This document shows, piece by piece, positions 19,395-28,839 of a stretch of DNA of 55,508 nt. The stretch's first letter is position 1; every line of letters begins with the position of its first letter. The DNA lies in assembly GCA_964644655.1 (NCBI GenBank), contig CAZXYA010000002.1, positions 1 to 55,508 of the forward strand, written 5' to 3'. The position numbers and the translations under genes were made by a program. This stretch comes from an uncultured Saprospiraceae bacterium. Lineage in GTDB: Bacteria; Bacteroidota; Bacteroidia; Chitinophagales; Saprospiraceae. Below the pieces are notes generated by a model. That model ran no database searches and was not told where the DNA came from. It saw only the letters and a program-made list of their open reading frames with translations.

Positions 19395-20531
19395 ATGAAG
19401 AAATGTAAAGTAGTGATAGTCGTTGGGACACGACCAAATTTCATTAAAATCACTCAATTTGAAAAAGAATTTAATCAATTCGGAGATTTTTTTGATTATA
19501 AGCTAGTACATACAGGTCAGCATTATGACCAGAATATGTCTCAAGTATTTTTTGGTCAATTAGGTTTAAAAAAACCAGATGTTACCCTAAATGTAAAAGG
19601 TAAAACACCTGCGGAACAAATTGGTACAATTATTATCAAATTAGATGAATTCTTTAGTGAGTTTCAACCTGATTTAGTCGTAGTAGTTGGAGATGTAAAT
19701 TCTACTATGGCAGCAGCAGTAGCAGCCAATAAAAGAAACATTAAATTGGCTCATTTAGAAAGTGGATTAAGAAGTCATGACCGTGAAATGCCAGAAGAAA
19801 TTAATAGAATTCTAACTGACAATATCACCAATGAATTCTACGTAACAGAGCAGAGCGGTTTAGATAATCTACATGCAGAAATCAAAAGAAAAGCAAATAT
19901 TCATTTTGTAGGCAATACAATGATTGATACACTAGTTGCTTTTGATAAAGAAATTCAAGCAGATAGTATATTAGAAGAAATCAATGCTAAAGAGAAGGAA
20001 TATGCCTTAATGACCATGCACCGTCCTAGAAATGTAGATACCAAAGACGCTTTAAGGAAAATGTTAGATGTGATTGAACATATAACCAATTATACCAAAT
20101 TGGTTTTCCCAATACACCCTAGAACATCAAATAGTCTTAAAAAACATGGATTATACGACATCTTAACAAATAATAAATCGATAACTTTAACTAAGCCATT
20201 AGGCTATTTAGCTTTTCAAAAATTAATAGCTTGTAGTAAATTTGTTGTGACGGATAGTGGTGGCATTCAAGAAGAGACGACTTTCCGCCAAATTCCTTGT
20301 TTAACCTTACGTCCTAATACAGAACGACCAGTAACGGTAACAGTTGGAACAAACGAGTTAGTCCCTTTTGACCCACAAGTAATTGGCTCAAAGATTGAGG
20401 CCATACATACTGGTACTTATAAAACTGGAGCGATACCTAAATTTTGGGATGGCAAAGCTACACAAAGAATTGTTCAGGTAATCCATGAGCAATCCCTAAC
20501 AATTGATAGCCCCGCAGAAATCGAAGCATAG
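19395..20531 (+). CDS. UDP-N-acetylglucosamine 2-epimerase (non-hydrolysing) family; WbpI-like by context
   Basis: 378 aa. VVGTRPNFIKI, HTGQHYD, VVVGDVNSTMAAA, HLESGLRS, PEEINR, TDSGGIQEE and RPNTERP are family hallmarks. Confidence 0.8.
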   Translation: MKKCKVVIVVGTRPNFIKITQFEKEFNQFGDFFDYKLVHTGQHYDQNMSQVFFGQLGLKKPDVTLNVKGKTPAEQIGTIIIKLDEFFSEFQPDLVVVVGDVNSTMAAAVAANKRNIKLAHLESGLRSHDREMPEEINRILTDNITNEFYVTEQSGLDNLHAEIKRKANIHFVGNTMIDTLVAFDKEIQADSILEEINAKEKEYALMTMHRPRNVDTKDALRKMLDVIEHITNYTKLVFPIHPRTSNSLKKHGLYDILTNNKSITLTKPLGYLAFQKLIACSKFVVTDSGGIQEETTFRQIPCLTLRPNTERPVTVTVGTNELVPFDPQVIGSKIEAIHTGTYKTGAIPKFWDGKATQRIVQVIHEQSLTIDSPAEIEA

Positions 20532-20555
20532 TCATTCACTAAATAATATTTCATT

Positions 20556-22706
20556 TTGATTCAAGCAGTTGTACGAAAAGGTAAAGTTGTCGCAGAAAAA
20601 GTACCCAGTCCAAATGTATCTAAGGGTTCTCTATTAATAAAGGTAGTTAACAGTTGCATATCTGTAGGGACAGAATTTTCGAGTGTCTCAGATACAGGTA
20701 AATCCTTAATAAAAAGAGCACTAGAACAACCAGAGCAAGTTAGAACTGTACTTGAATTTGCAAGAAATAATGGTCTAGTCAAAACAATTGCGAGGGTGAG
20801 AGGCACTTTAGATGGTGGCAAACCTACTGGTTATTCTATAGCTGGTGTTGTAATTGGTATAGGAGAAGGTGTTAAGGGGTATGAAATTGGTGATGCGGTA
20901 GCGGCTGCCGGTGCAGGAATCGCCAATCATGCAGAATTGGTAGATGTTCCAGTCAATTTAACAATGAAAATGCCGAAAGGTATGGATTTCACCCATGCCT
21001 CAACAGTAACTTTAGGAGGGATTGCCATGCAAGGAGTTAGAAGAAGTGATCTTAGATTTGGAGAAATTTGTGTAGTAGCTGGGGCAGGGATTCTAGGTCT
21101 ATTAGCTCAGCAAATGCTTCAATTATCGGGTATTAGAACGATTGTAACAGATTTAGATAACAATCGTTTAGCAATAGCAAAGGAATTAGGAGCTGAAATG
21201 GTCCTTAATCCCATAAATGACGATGTTGTTAAGGCAGTAGAAGGGTTAACTGGTGGTTATGGAGCAGATGCTGTATTATTTACCGCAGCCACTTATAGTA
21301 GTAAACCACTTTCGCAAGCATTTAAAATGTGCAAACGGAAAGGAAAAGTCGTTTTAGTAGGTGTTTCAGGGATGGAAATAAAGCGGGGAGATATTTATCA
21401 AAAAGAATTGGATTTCCTAATTTCTACTTCTTATGGTCCTGGACGATATGATAATAATTACGAAGGTAAAGGTTTAGATTATCCATATGCTTATGTCAGA
21501 TGGACAGAAAATCGAAATATGACAGAATATCTTCGATTAGTTCATACTGGTAAAATTAATATAGATAAATTAATTGACGCGACTTACCCCATTGAAAAAG
21601 TTGAAGAAGCCTTTGCTAGTTTAAGTCCTAAAGAAGGAGTAAAACCAATTATCACTATACTAGATTATGGCAAGATAGATACCACAAAGTTATCGGGTTT
21701 GACGCTATCAGGTAAAAAGGTCAGCGCCAATCCGAAATACAAAAAAGTATCAAAAGATATTATCCAAGTAGCCTTAGTAGGTGCAGGAGGTTTCGCGACC
21801 GGGATGCATTTACCTAATATGAAATCCTTGTCCGGTCAGTTCAAATTAAAAGCAGTAGTCAATCGTACTGGACAAAAAGGAAAAGCAGTCGCACAACAGT
21901 ATGGAGCTGCTTATGCAACCACAGATTTTGAAGAAGTATTGAATGATTCAGATGTTGATTTAGTGTTAATTTCTACTAGGCATGATAGTCATGCAGACTA
22001 TGCATTACGAGCGTTACAAGCAGGAAAGCACGTATTTGTAGAGAAGCCATTAGCCATTAATCAAGAAGAATTAGATTCGATTAAAAGTTTCTATGAGAAG
22101 GGAACCGAAGAAAAACCACTTCTAATGGTTGGCTTTAATAGAAGATTCAGTAAGTACGCTCAAGAAATAAAAAAACATACAGACAAAAGAATCAATCCAT
22201 TATTTATACATTATCGAATGAATGCAGGATTTATTCCATTAGATCATTGGGTACATGAAGATGGTGGTCGTATCATTGGCGAAGGTTGTCATATTATTGA
22301 TATGATGAATTTTTTGACAGGTAGTAAAATCAAAAGCATTAGTAGCGAAAAATTAGGTCCTAATAATACTCGATTTAGTGCCGATGACAATCGTTCTATT
22401 GTTTTAAAATACGAAGATGGCTCAGTTTGTACGATTCATTATTTCGCCGTAGGCAGTAAGAAAATGGCGAAAGAGTATATGGAAGTTCATTTTGACGAAA
22501 AGACCATAACCATGGAAGATTATAAAAGCTTGGAAGGGTTTGGTATAAAAGTCAAAAATGTAAGTTCTTCGATCAGTCAAAAAGGACAATTAGAAGAACT
22601 AAGTTTTCTATACAATACCTTAAAAGGAAAAAGCAAAGACTGGCCTATTGCTTTATGGGATATGGTTCAGACTACGGAGATTAGCTTTGTTATCGCTCAA
22701 AAATAA
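20556..22706 (+). CDS. Bi-domain oxidoreductase: N-terminal zinc-type/MDR alcohol dehydrogenase-like domain fused to a C-terminal Gfo/Idh/MocA domain
   Basis: 716 aa with a TTG start. The N-half has an MDR Rossmann (VVAGAGILGLLAQQM). The C-half has VALVGAGGFATGMHLP...VFVEKPLA, typical of Gfo/Idh/MocA. Confidence 0.7.
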   Translation: MIQAVVRKGKVVAEKVPSPNVSKGSLLIKVVNSCISVGTEFSSVSDTGKSLIKRALEQPEQVRTVLEFARNNGLVKTIARVRGTLDGGKPTGYSIAGVVIGIGEGVKGYEIGDAVAAAGAGIANHAELVDVPVNLTMKMPKGMDFTHASTVTLGGIAMQGVRRSDLRFGEICVVAGAGILGLLAQQMLQLSGIRTIVTDLDNNRLAIAKELGAEMVLNPINDDVVKAVEGLTGGYGADAVLFTAATYSSKPLSQAFKMCKRKGKVVLVGVSGMEIKRGDIYQKELDFLISTSYGPGRYDNNYEGKGLDYPYAYVRWTENRNMTEYLRLVHTGKINIDKLIDATYPIEKVEEAFASLSPKEGVKPIITILDYGKIDTTKLSGLTLSGKKVSANPKYKKVSKDIIQVALVGAGGFATGMHLPNMKSLSGQFKLKAVVNRTGQKGKAVAQQYGAAYATTDFEEVLNDSDVDLVLISTRHDSHADYALRALQAGKHVFVEKPLAINQEELDSIKSFYEKGTEEKPLLMVGFNRRFSKYAQEIKKHTDKRINPLFIHYRMNAGFIPLDHWVHEDGGRIIGEGCHIIDMMNFLTGSKIKSISSEKLGPNNTRFSADDNRSIVLKYEDGSVCTIHYFAVGSKKMAKEYMEVHFDEKTITMEDYKSLEGFGIKVKNVSSSISQKGQLEELSFLYNTLKGKSKDWPIALWDMVQTTEISFVIAQK

Positions 22707-22878
22707 ACCACCATCAAAGAAGATGAATATTAAAAAATATACAAAAAAATAATGTTTAAATTTTTCAAGTACTCCTCAAACTAGATTGACTAATTATATG
22801 AATAATGGACATTTACAAAAAAACATCACCTCCGTCAAAAACGATGGTTTTCACAATTGAACAAAAAATTATAGAGAA

Positions 22879-22919
22879 TTGACAAGTTTATCAAGCTTAC
22901 ACAAGTAGTTGACACTTTT
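22879..22919. repeat. Left arm of a bipartite inverted repeat flanking the region upstream of the ABC exporter gene
   Basis: ttgacaagttta-tcaagcttacac-aagtagttgacactttt. The reverse complement of 24583-24614 is ttgacaagttta-ccg-aagtagctgacactttt, giving blocks of 12/12 and 16/17 identical. Confidence 0.85.
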
Positions 22920-23040
22920 AAATTGAAAATTGAAAAATCATACTACTATACATCAACATGTTGTTAGAAAAAAAACGGATAAAAAATTATAAAAAAAGCG
23001 GAAGAAAGCATAATTATGTTTTTCACCAAAAAGATAAAAA

Positions 23041-24227
23041 ATGCTACTTCCACTAAAAGATGAAATTACAATTTTTTTTCAAAACAAGAAGACCATGTCG
23101 TACAAAATTTACTAATATGTACCCAAGGCATCTATGCTGCGAAGACGACAAATTTAAATGAAGTCAAAAACCACTTGGGGATTATACTAGGGAATCAAAA
23201 GACGACAAAACCAGAATCAAACTATCAGCGTTTAATCCGATTTTTCAATATTTCAGATGAAGAAAAATCAGATTTAATCAAGAGTTTATTATTGTTAGGT
23301 TTCTACCTGTTAAAATTAAAAGGTAGAAACCCAAGATACCTAGCCTTAGATGGTACCAGTTGGGAATACGGCTTAAAGAAAATTCATTTATTAACCCTCA
23401 GTATCGTGATAAATGGAGTGAGTATCCCAATATAGTGGGAGGACTTGGATAAAAAAGGGACAAGTAATTTTGGTGAGCGCAGCAGCCTAATGAAAAAGGC
23501 TTTAAGTATCTACGATTTAGAAGGGATGATACTATTAGCAGATAGAGAATATATAGGAGAAGAGTGGTTTAAATATTTGAAAGACAGTAAGATAGGATTT
23601 GTTATTCGTTTAAAAAAAGGCATATATAAGGACTATATAGACAGTCAACGAACAGGAAATGACAAGCGCTATAAGCATCAGAAATGGCGCTATATTGGAA
23701 TGCAGCGGGAGGCAGAAAAGCAGCAATATAGAAATTGTGGGGTCGCAAAGAGAATAAAAATATTGGGAGAGGCTTATACTTTTGTAATTTTTAAAAACCC
23801 AAAAAAAGACGCAGAAGAACCATTAGTTTATTTTCTATCGACTTTGACCAAAAAGAAAAAAGTGGTTACAGCTTATCCCATTAGATGGAGTATAGAAACC
23901 TGTTTTAAACACTTAAAGTCAAATGGATTTAATTTGGAATCTTTGAATTTTAAGAAAAGTGAGAAGATAAAATTAATGATGGGCATCGTGGTTTTTCTCT
24001 ACATCTTATATATAGATGAAGGATGGCTACAATACAAAACGACCAAGAAAGGTGATTGGAAAAAATATGCAGATGGTACGGTCAATTTGGCTATTTCTGT
24101 TTTCAGGAAAGGTCGTTCCTATTTGACAGGAAAGATTTATAATTTAAAATCTTTCTTAAATCACCTAGAGTTACTAATTAAAAAAGGAAATCGACCTAGC
24201 TGGGTGAGAAAAAAACAAGGCTCTTGA
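23041..24227 (+). pseudogene. IS4-family DDE transposase, disrupted by an apparent frameshift at a T8 tract, an in-frame TAG, and a MITE insertion at the 3-prime end
   Basis: ATG 23041 (MLLPLKDEITIFF) shifts frame at T8 23072-23079; a ninth T would join it to ...SKQEDHVVQNLLICTQGIYAAKTTNLNEVKNHLG. TAG at 23433-23435 is in frame between the two track ORFs (both in frame 0). DDE residues sit in LALDGTSW, LLADREY and YPIRWSIETCFKHLK, which fits Y-x2-R-x3-E-x6-K. Confidence 0.8.
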
Positions 24228-24379
24228 TACCCAACGGGGTGATGGACGGAAAACGCTCATTTTTGTAGCAATAAAGGTGTTTTTAAAGCTTAAAATCGCT
24301 ATAAATCATAGTTTTTGTAGATAAAAGTAAAGTTGTACCTACTTCATTTTTGTTATCACCCCGTTGGGTTATAAGAGCC
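24219..24379. mobile_element. 161-bp MITE-like element nested in the IS
   Basis: 25-bp terminal inverted repeats: ggctcttgatacccaacggggtgat against the reverse complement of atcaccccgttgggttataagagcc, 22/25 identical. An 8-bp direct duplication AAAAACAA lies at 24211-24218 and 24380-24387. No ORF inside. Confidence 0.8.
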
Positions 24380-24582
24380 AAAAACAATTTACTAGAATTA
24401 CATAACCTGCTATTAATCAGTTAATTGGCAGAACTATTTTTTCTAACAATAAACTGATGTATAGTAGTATGTTGAAAAATATAGTAAATTGATTATTTGT
24501 TTGATTATCAGTTAGATATATCTGAAAATTCTATTTTTAAATTTTGATTTTTAGGTTGTATATTTTTAACTAAAAAATTAAC

Positions 24583-24614
24583 AAAAGTGTCAGCTACTTC
24601 GGTAAACTTGTCAA
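24583..24614. repeat. Right arm of the bipartite inverted repeat (partner of 22879-22919), 27 bp upstream of the ABC exporter start
   Basis: aaaagtgtcagctacttcggtaaacttgtcaa, read directly. Confidence 0.85.
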
Positions 24615-24640
24615 ATTATTTATATAAATAATCATAAAAA

Positions 24641-26449
24641 TTGAATTTCGCAGTTAAAATACTTAATCACTTATCTAATAATCCTTACTCTAATGCCCTT
24701 AAAAACGTTAGAACGCTATTAGATTATGATCAAAAACGGCGTTCTTTTGCAATGCTCTTATTATTAATTAGCAATGCTTTTATTGATGTTTTTGGTTTAG
24801 CCTTTTTAATTCCAATCACAAAAATAGCTTTAGAACCATCTTTAATTGAAACAAATGAGTGGGTTACCTGGAGTTATCATCTTCTTCTTTCCTCATCTCA
24901 CATTAATTTTTTACTTAAATTATCTTTACTTTTATTGCTAGTATTTATTATTAAAAATACTTTTAGCCTTATAGTTTTATATATTCAATCTAAATTTGCT
25001 TTTAATATAGCATTAAGAATTGGGCAGAAACAATTTCAATTTTTCATCGAACAAGGCTTCTTACATATAAAGTCTGTCGATGCCGGTCATAAAATTTATA
25101 ATATTGCAAACATCCCCTATTTATTTGCGGTTAACTATCTACTGCAACTATTAATATTTACTACAGAGTTTATCGTAGTTTGTATTATTTTTGTTGGATT
25201 GTTATGTTATAGCCCTCCTCTTTTATTTATCACATTATTATTAGTGATACCTACCTTCATATTAATTTATAGCATTTCCAAAAATACTGTTAAAAGATTA
25301 GGGAACGAAAGAAATATTATCTATCCAAGGCTTCATTCTTTTATACTAGAATCATTGGATGCTTATGAAAATATCAAGCTAAGTAATAATGAACAGAAAT
25401 ATTTAGAAGGATTCTCTACTGAACAAAAAAATTTAAACCGTATAGATGTTTTACTCCAAGGAATATTTCAAAACTTATCTCAAAAATCGAATGAGATAAT
25501 AATGGGATGTGGTTTTGTTGGCATTTTCGCATTTGCCTATTTTTTCCCAAATTATGAAGCATCCATGATTACCATTTTCGCAATTTTCGGGGGAGCAGCA
25601 ATTCGTGTAATGCCCTCTTATAATAAGATGATGAATGCGCTTATAATCATAAAAAATCATGCCTATTTAATAGACGTTCTTAAACCTATCGAAAATAAAA
25701 AACTTTATACGTTTCCTTCTGTGAGCAAATTAAATTTTGACAAAACAATACAGTTAAAGGATATTAGTTATAACTATCCTAAAGATACCAAGTGCGTTCT
25801 AGACCAATTATCTTTAACTATTAAAAAAGGGGAAACTATTGGTTTTATAGGTGAATCAGGCTCAGGAAAGACTACACTTATTCATTTAATCTTAAGGTTT
25901 TTAACGGAAACTGAAGGTTCACTTTTAGTAGATGGAATTCCCATCAATCAAGAGAATGAAGCAGCCTTTCAAAAAAATATTGGTTTTGTCCAGCAAAATG
26001 TTTTTATTAAAAACGGTACAATAACAGAAAATATAGCTTTTGGTGAAAGCCCAGAAAAAATAAATATAGAAAAACTGCAAAAAGCTATCGACCAAGCAAT
26101 GCTCAAAACCTTTGTCAATGAAAACCCTAAAGGTTTATCTATGCAATTAGGAGAAAATGGAGCCCGTCTTTCTGGTGGACAAAAACAAAGAATTGGAATA
26201 GCTCGAGCATTATATAAAGATGCAGACATATTAATTTTTGACGAGGCTACTAGCGCATTGGATATGGATACGGAAAAAGTCATTTCATCTTCCATAGCTA
26301 AATTAGCCCAACTAGATAAAACCATATTAATTATAGCACATAGGATAACAACCTTAAATAGCTGTGATAGAATATATGATATGAAAAATGGAAAAATAGA
26401 TAAGACATATAGTTATACAGAATTATTTGAAGAAAAATTAATTGAATAA
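24641..26449 (+). CDS. ABC exporter, fused permease plus ATPase half-transporter (MsbA/PglK type)
   Basis: 602 aa with a TTG start. Six N-terminal TM helices. Walker A GESGSGKTT, signature LSGGQKQRIGIARAL, Walker B ILIFDEATSALD, H-loop IIAHR. Confidence 0.85.
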   Translation: MNFAVKILNHLSNNPYSNALKNVRTLLDYDQKRRSFAMLLLLISNAFIDVFGLAFLIPITKIALEPSLIETNEWVTWSYHLLLSSSHINFLLKLSLLLLLVFIIKNTFSLIVLYIQSKFAFNIALRIGQKQFQFFIEQGFLHIKSVDAGHKIYNIANIPYLFAVNYLLQLLIFTTEFIVVCIIFVGLLCYSPPLLFITLLLVIPTFILIYSISKNTVKRLGNERNIIYPRLHSFILESLDAYENIKLSNNEQKYLEGFSTEQKNLNRIDVLLQGIFQNLSQKSNEIIMGCGFVGIFAFAYFFPNYEASMITIFAIFGGAAIRVMPSYNKMMNALIIIKNHAYLIDVLKPIENKKLYTFPSVSKLNFDKTIQLKDISYNYPKDTKCVLDQLSLTIKKGETIGFIGESGSGKTTLIHLILRFLTETEGSLLVDGIPINQENEAAFQKNIGFVQQNVFIKNGTITENIAFGESPEKINIEKLQKAIDQAMLKTFVNENPKGLSMQLGENGARLSGGQKQRIGIARALYKDADILIFDEATSALDMDTEKVISSSIAKLAQLDKTILIIAHRITTLNSCDRIYDMKNGKIDKTYSYTELFEEKLIE

Positions 26450-26681
26450 ATATTAAACCTTAAATTTTTAGTCTTTATTTTATTTTACAAAGAGTGATAA
26501 AAGTTTAATCTACACATTAAGTGACTTTATTTTGCTCTTATTCCACGTTAAAAAAGTTCATTAAATTATTACATTTTTAGCGTCTTGAATAGGCACAAAC
26601 TGAAATCATGTATTGATTACTTAATTTATTTCTGCTCTTTCCTTGAGGTATTTAAAGAAAAAAATTACAAAAAAATTATTA

Positions 26682-27677
26682 ATGACATTGAAAAACAGTA
26701 GAATTCTCGTAATTGGCGGAGCAGGTTTTATTGGTGCTTTTGTAGTTAAAGAATTATTAAAAGAGGATATAAAGGAAGTTATTATTTATGATAATTTCGC
26801 TAGGGGAAATATGGATAACTTAACAGAAGCATTACAAGACAATAGATGTTCTATCTTTGACCTAGGAGGTGATATTCGGGATACAGATGTACTAGATGCA
26901 GCTATGCAAGGAGTTGATTATGTATTTCATCTAGCAGCAATGTGGTTGTTACATTGTAAAGATTTTCCTAGAACAGCTTTTAATGTAAATATAGGAGGAA
27001 CATTTAATGTATTAGAAGCTTGCGTTAAGAATAAGGTAAAGAAATTAGTTTCTTCTTCTTCTGCTTCTGTATATGGAGATGCGGTAGAATTACCTATGAC
27101 AGAAAACCACCCTTTTAATAATAAAAACTTTTATGGTGCTAGTAAAATAGCTGGAGAAGCCATGTGTACTGCTTTTAATGACAGGTATGGTTTAGAAATT
27201 ATTGGTTTGAGGTATATGAATGTATATGGACGGGGGCAAGATCAAACCGCTGCCTATACAGGAGTAGTTCCAATTATGTTAAATAAAATAGAAGCAGGAG
27301 AATCTCCGACTATTAACGGTGACGGTAGCCAAGCTTATGATTTTATTTATGTAGAAGACGTAGCTAGATGTAATGTAGCGGCTGCTAAAAGTGATGTTCC
27401 GTTTGGTTTTTATAATGTTGGTACAGAGGTTCAAACTTCCATCAAAACTCTATGTGAAACAATCTTGAAATTAAAAGACTCCGACTTAAAAGTAAAATAT
27501 CGACCTTATTCAGAAAATGATGCTAGAGCATTGGTTCAAAACAGAATTGGATCAAGAAAAAAAGCAGAAGAGGAATTAGGTTTTGTTTATACGTATGGTT
27601 TAGAGGAGGGCCTTCAAAAACTGATTGAATGGAGAATTGAAACTGGTATTGATAAACCTAAATACACAACTGTTTAA
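26682..27677 (+). CDS. NAD-dependent epimerase/dehydratase (extended SDR)
   Basis: The track ORF begins at TTG 26643. The ATG at 26682 gives MTLKNSRILVIGGAGFIGAFVV (GxxGxxG), with the YGASK catalytic Yx3K. Confidence 0.75.
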   Translation: MTLKNSRILVIGGAGFIGAFVVKELLKEDIKEVIIYDNFARGNMDNLTEALQDNRCSIFDLGGDIRDTDVLDAAMQGVDYVFHLAAMWLLHCKDFPRTAFNVNIGGTFNVLEACVKNKVKKLVSSSSASVYGDAVELPMTENHPFNNKNFYGASKIAGEAMCTAFNDRYGLEIIGLRYMNVYGRGQDQTAAYTGVVPIMLNKIEAGESPTINGDGSQAYDFIYVEDVARCNVAAAKSDVPFGFYNVGTEVQTSIKTLCETILKLKDSDLKVKYRPYSENDARALVQNRIGSRKKAEEELGFVYTYGLEEGLQKLIEWRIETGIDKPKYTTV

Positions 27678-27687
27678 TCCATTAATA

Positions 27688-28839
27688 ATGAATATTTTAG
27701 TAAAAAGAACCATCCATATTGCTCAGCCATGTACAGGGGAAGAAGAGTGGCAAGCAGTAAAAGAACCAATTATGTCTGGTTGGCTCACCTCTGGACCAAA
27801 AGTCAGAGAATTTGAGCGTCTATTTGCAGAAAGGCATAAAGTCAAACATGCAATAGCCGTAACCAGTTGTACAACTGCTTTACATTTAGCCTTAGCCACA
27901 CTAGGTATCAAAGAAGGAGATGAGGTTTTAGTACCGGCTTTCACTTGGGTTTCTACAGCCAATGCTGTTCTTTTTTGCAACGCTACTCCAGTCTTTGTTG
28001 ATGTAAATCCAAAAACGTTCAATATTGACCCTAAAGATATAGCTCATCGGCTAACAGAACGAACAAAAGCAATTATCCCTGTTCATTTATTTGGTTTATG
28101 TGCAGATATGGATGCTATTCGGGCTGCAGCTCCCAACCTCCCAATTATTGAAGACGGCGCTTGTGCAGCAGGTGCAGCATATAATGGTATTCCTGCAGGT
28201 GGATTAGGTGATTTTGGTTGTTTTTCCTTTCACCCGAGAAAATCTGTTACTACAGGTGAAGGAGGAATGGTCACCACTAATAATGACGTTTTTGCAGAAA
28301 AGATGCAAATATTAAGAAATCATGGTGCTTCCGTATCAGAGGAAATGCGTCATTTAGGGGCAAAACCTTATTTGTTACCAGATTTTGATGTCATGGGGTT
28401 CAATTTTAGGATGACAGATTTGCAAGGAGCAATGGGTATTGTGCAATTGAGTAAATTGGATAAATTCATTGATGAAAGAGAAGTTTGGGCACAATATTAT
28501 GCAAAAGAATTAGAAAGTGTAGATTGGCTCAGAACGCCCGTAAGTTTGGAGGGCTACAAAAACGGTTGGCAATCTTATCCTTGTTTTGTAGATGAGACCA
28601 AAGCACCTTATACAAGAAATGAAATTATGGAAATTTTGCAAGGAAAAGGAGTAAGTACTCGACCGGGTACTCATGCTGTTCACATGCTTAACTTTTATGC
28701 AGAGAAATATAATATCAAGCCTGAGGATTATCCAGGAGCACAAGCATCTAACGATTACTCCATGGCCATTCCTTTACATAATCGGATGAGTAAAGAAGAT
28801 TATGATTATGTCATTGAAGCTATAAAAAGTATTGATTAA
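27688..28839 (+). CDS. DegT/DnrJ/EryC1/StrS family PLP-dependent sugar aminotransferase
   Basis: The track ORF begins at 27625 and overlaps the upstream gene. The ATG at 27688 lies 11 nt after the upstream stop. It has TSGPKVREFE, TSCTTALHLAL and FSFHPRKSVTTGEGGMV (PLP-lysine context). Confidence 0.8.
   Translation: MNILVKRTIHIAQPCTGEEEWQAVKEPIMSGWLTSGPKVREFERLFAERHKVKHAIAVTSCTTALHLALATLGIKEGDEVLVPAFTWVSTANAVLFCNATPVFVDVNPKTFNIDPKDIAHRLTERTKAIIPVHLFGLCADMDAIRAAAPNLPIIEDGACAAGAAYNGIPAGGLGDFGCFSFHPRKSVTTGEGGMVTTNNDVFAEKMQILRNHGASVSEEMRHLGAKPYLLPDFDVMGFNFRMTDLQGAMGIVQLSKLDKFIDEREVWAQYYAKELESVDWLRTPVSLEGYKNGWQSYPCFVDETKAPYTRNEIMEILQGKGVSTRPGTHAVHMLNFYAEKYNIKPEDYPGAQASNDYSMAIPLHNRMSKEDYDYVIEAIKSID

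Larger units (their letters stand above)
22939..24471 (+). mobile_element. IS4-family insertion sequence (1533 bp), decayed
   Basis: Perfect 17-bp terminal inverted repeats: catactactatacatca at 22939-22955 and its reverse complement at 24455-24471. The match is imperfect further inward. A 9-bp direct target duplication TTGAAAAAT lies at 22930-22938 and 24472-24480. Encodes a DDE transposase with the YREK signature. Confidence 0.9.

Noticed and set aside
25475-28743. Nested minus-strand ORFs 25475..25660, 25969..26325, 27723..28022 and 28510..28743
   Set aside because: They are antisense shadows of the ABC exporter and aminotransferase genes.
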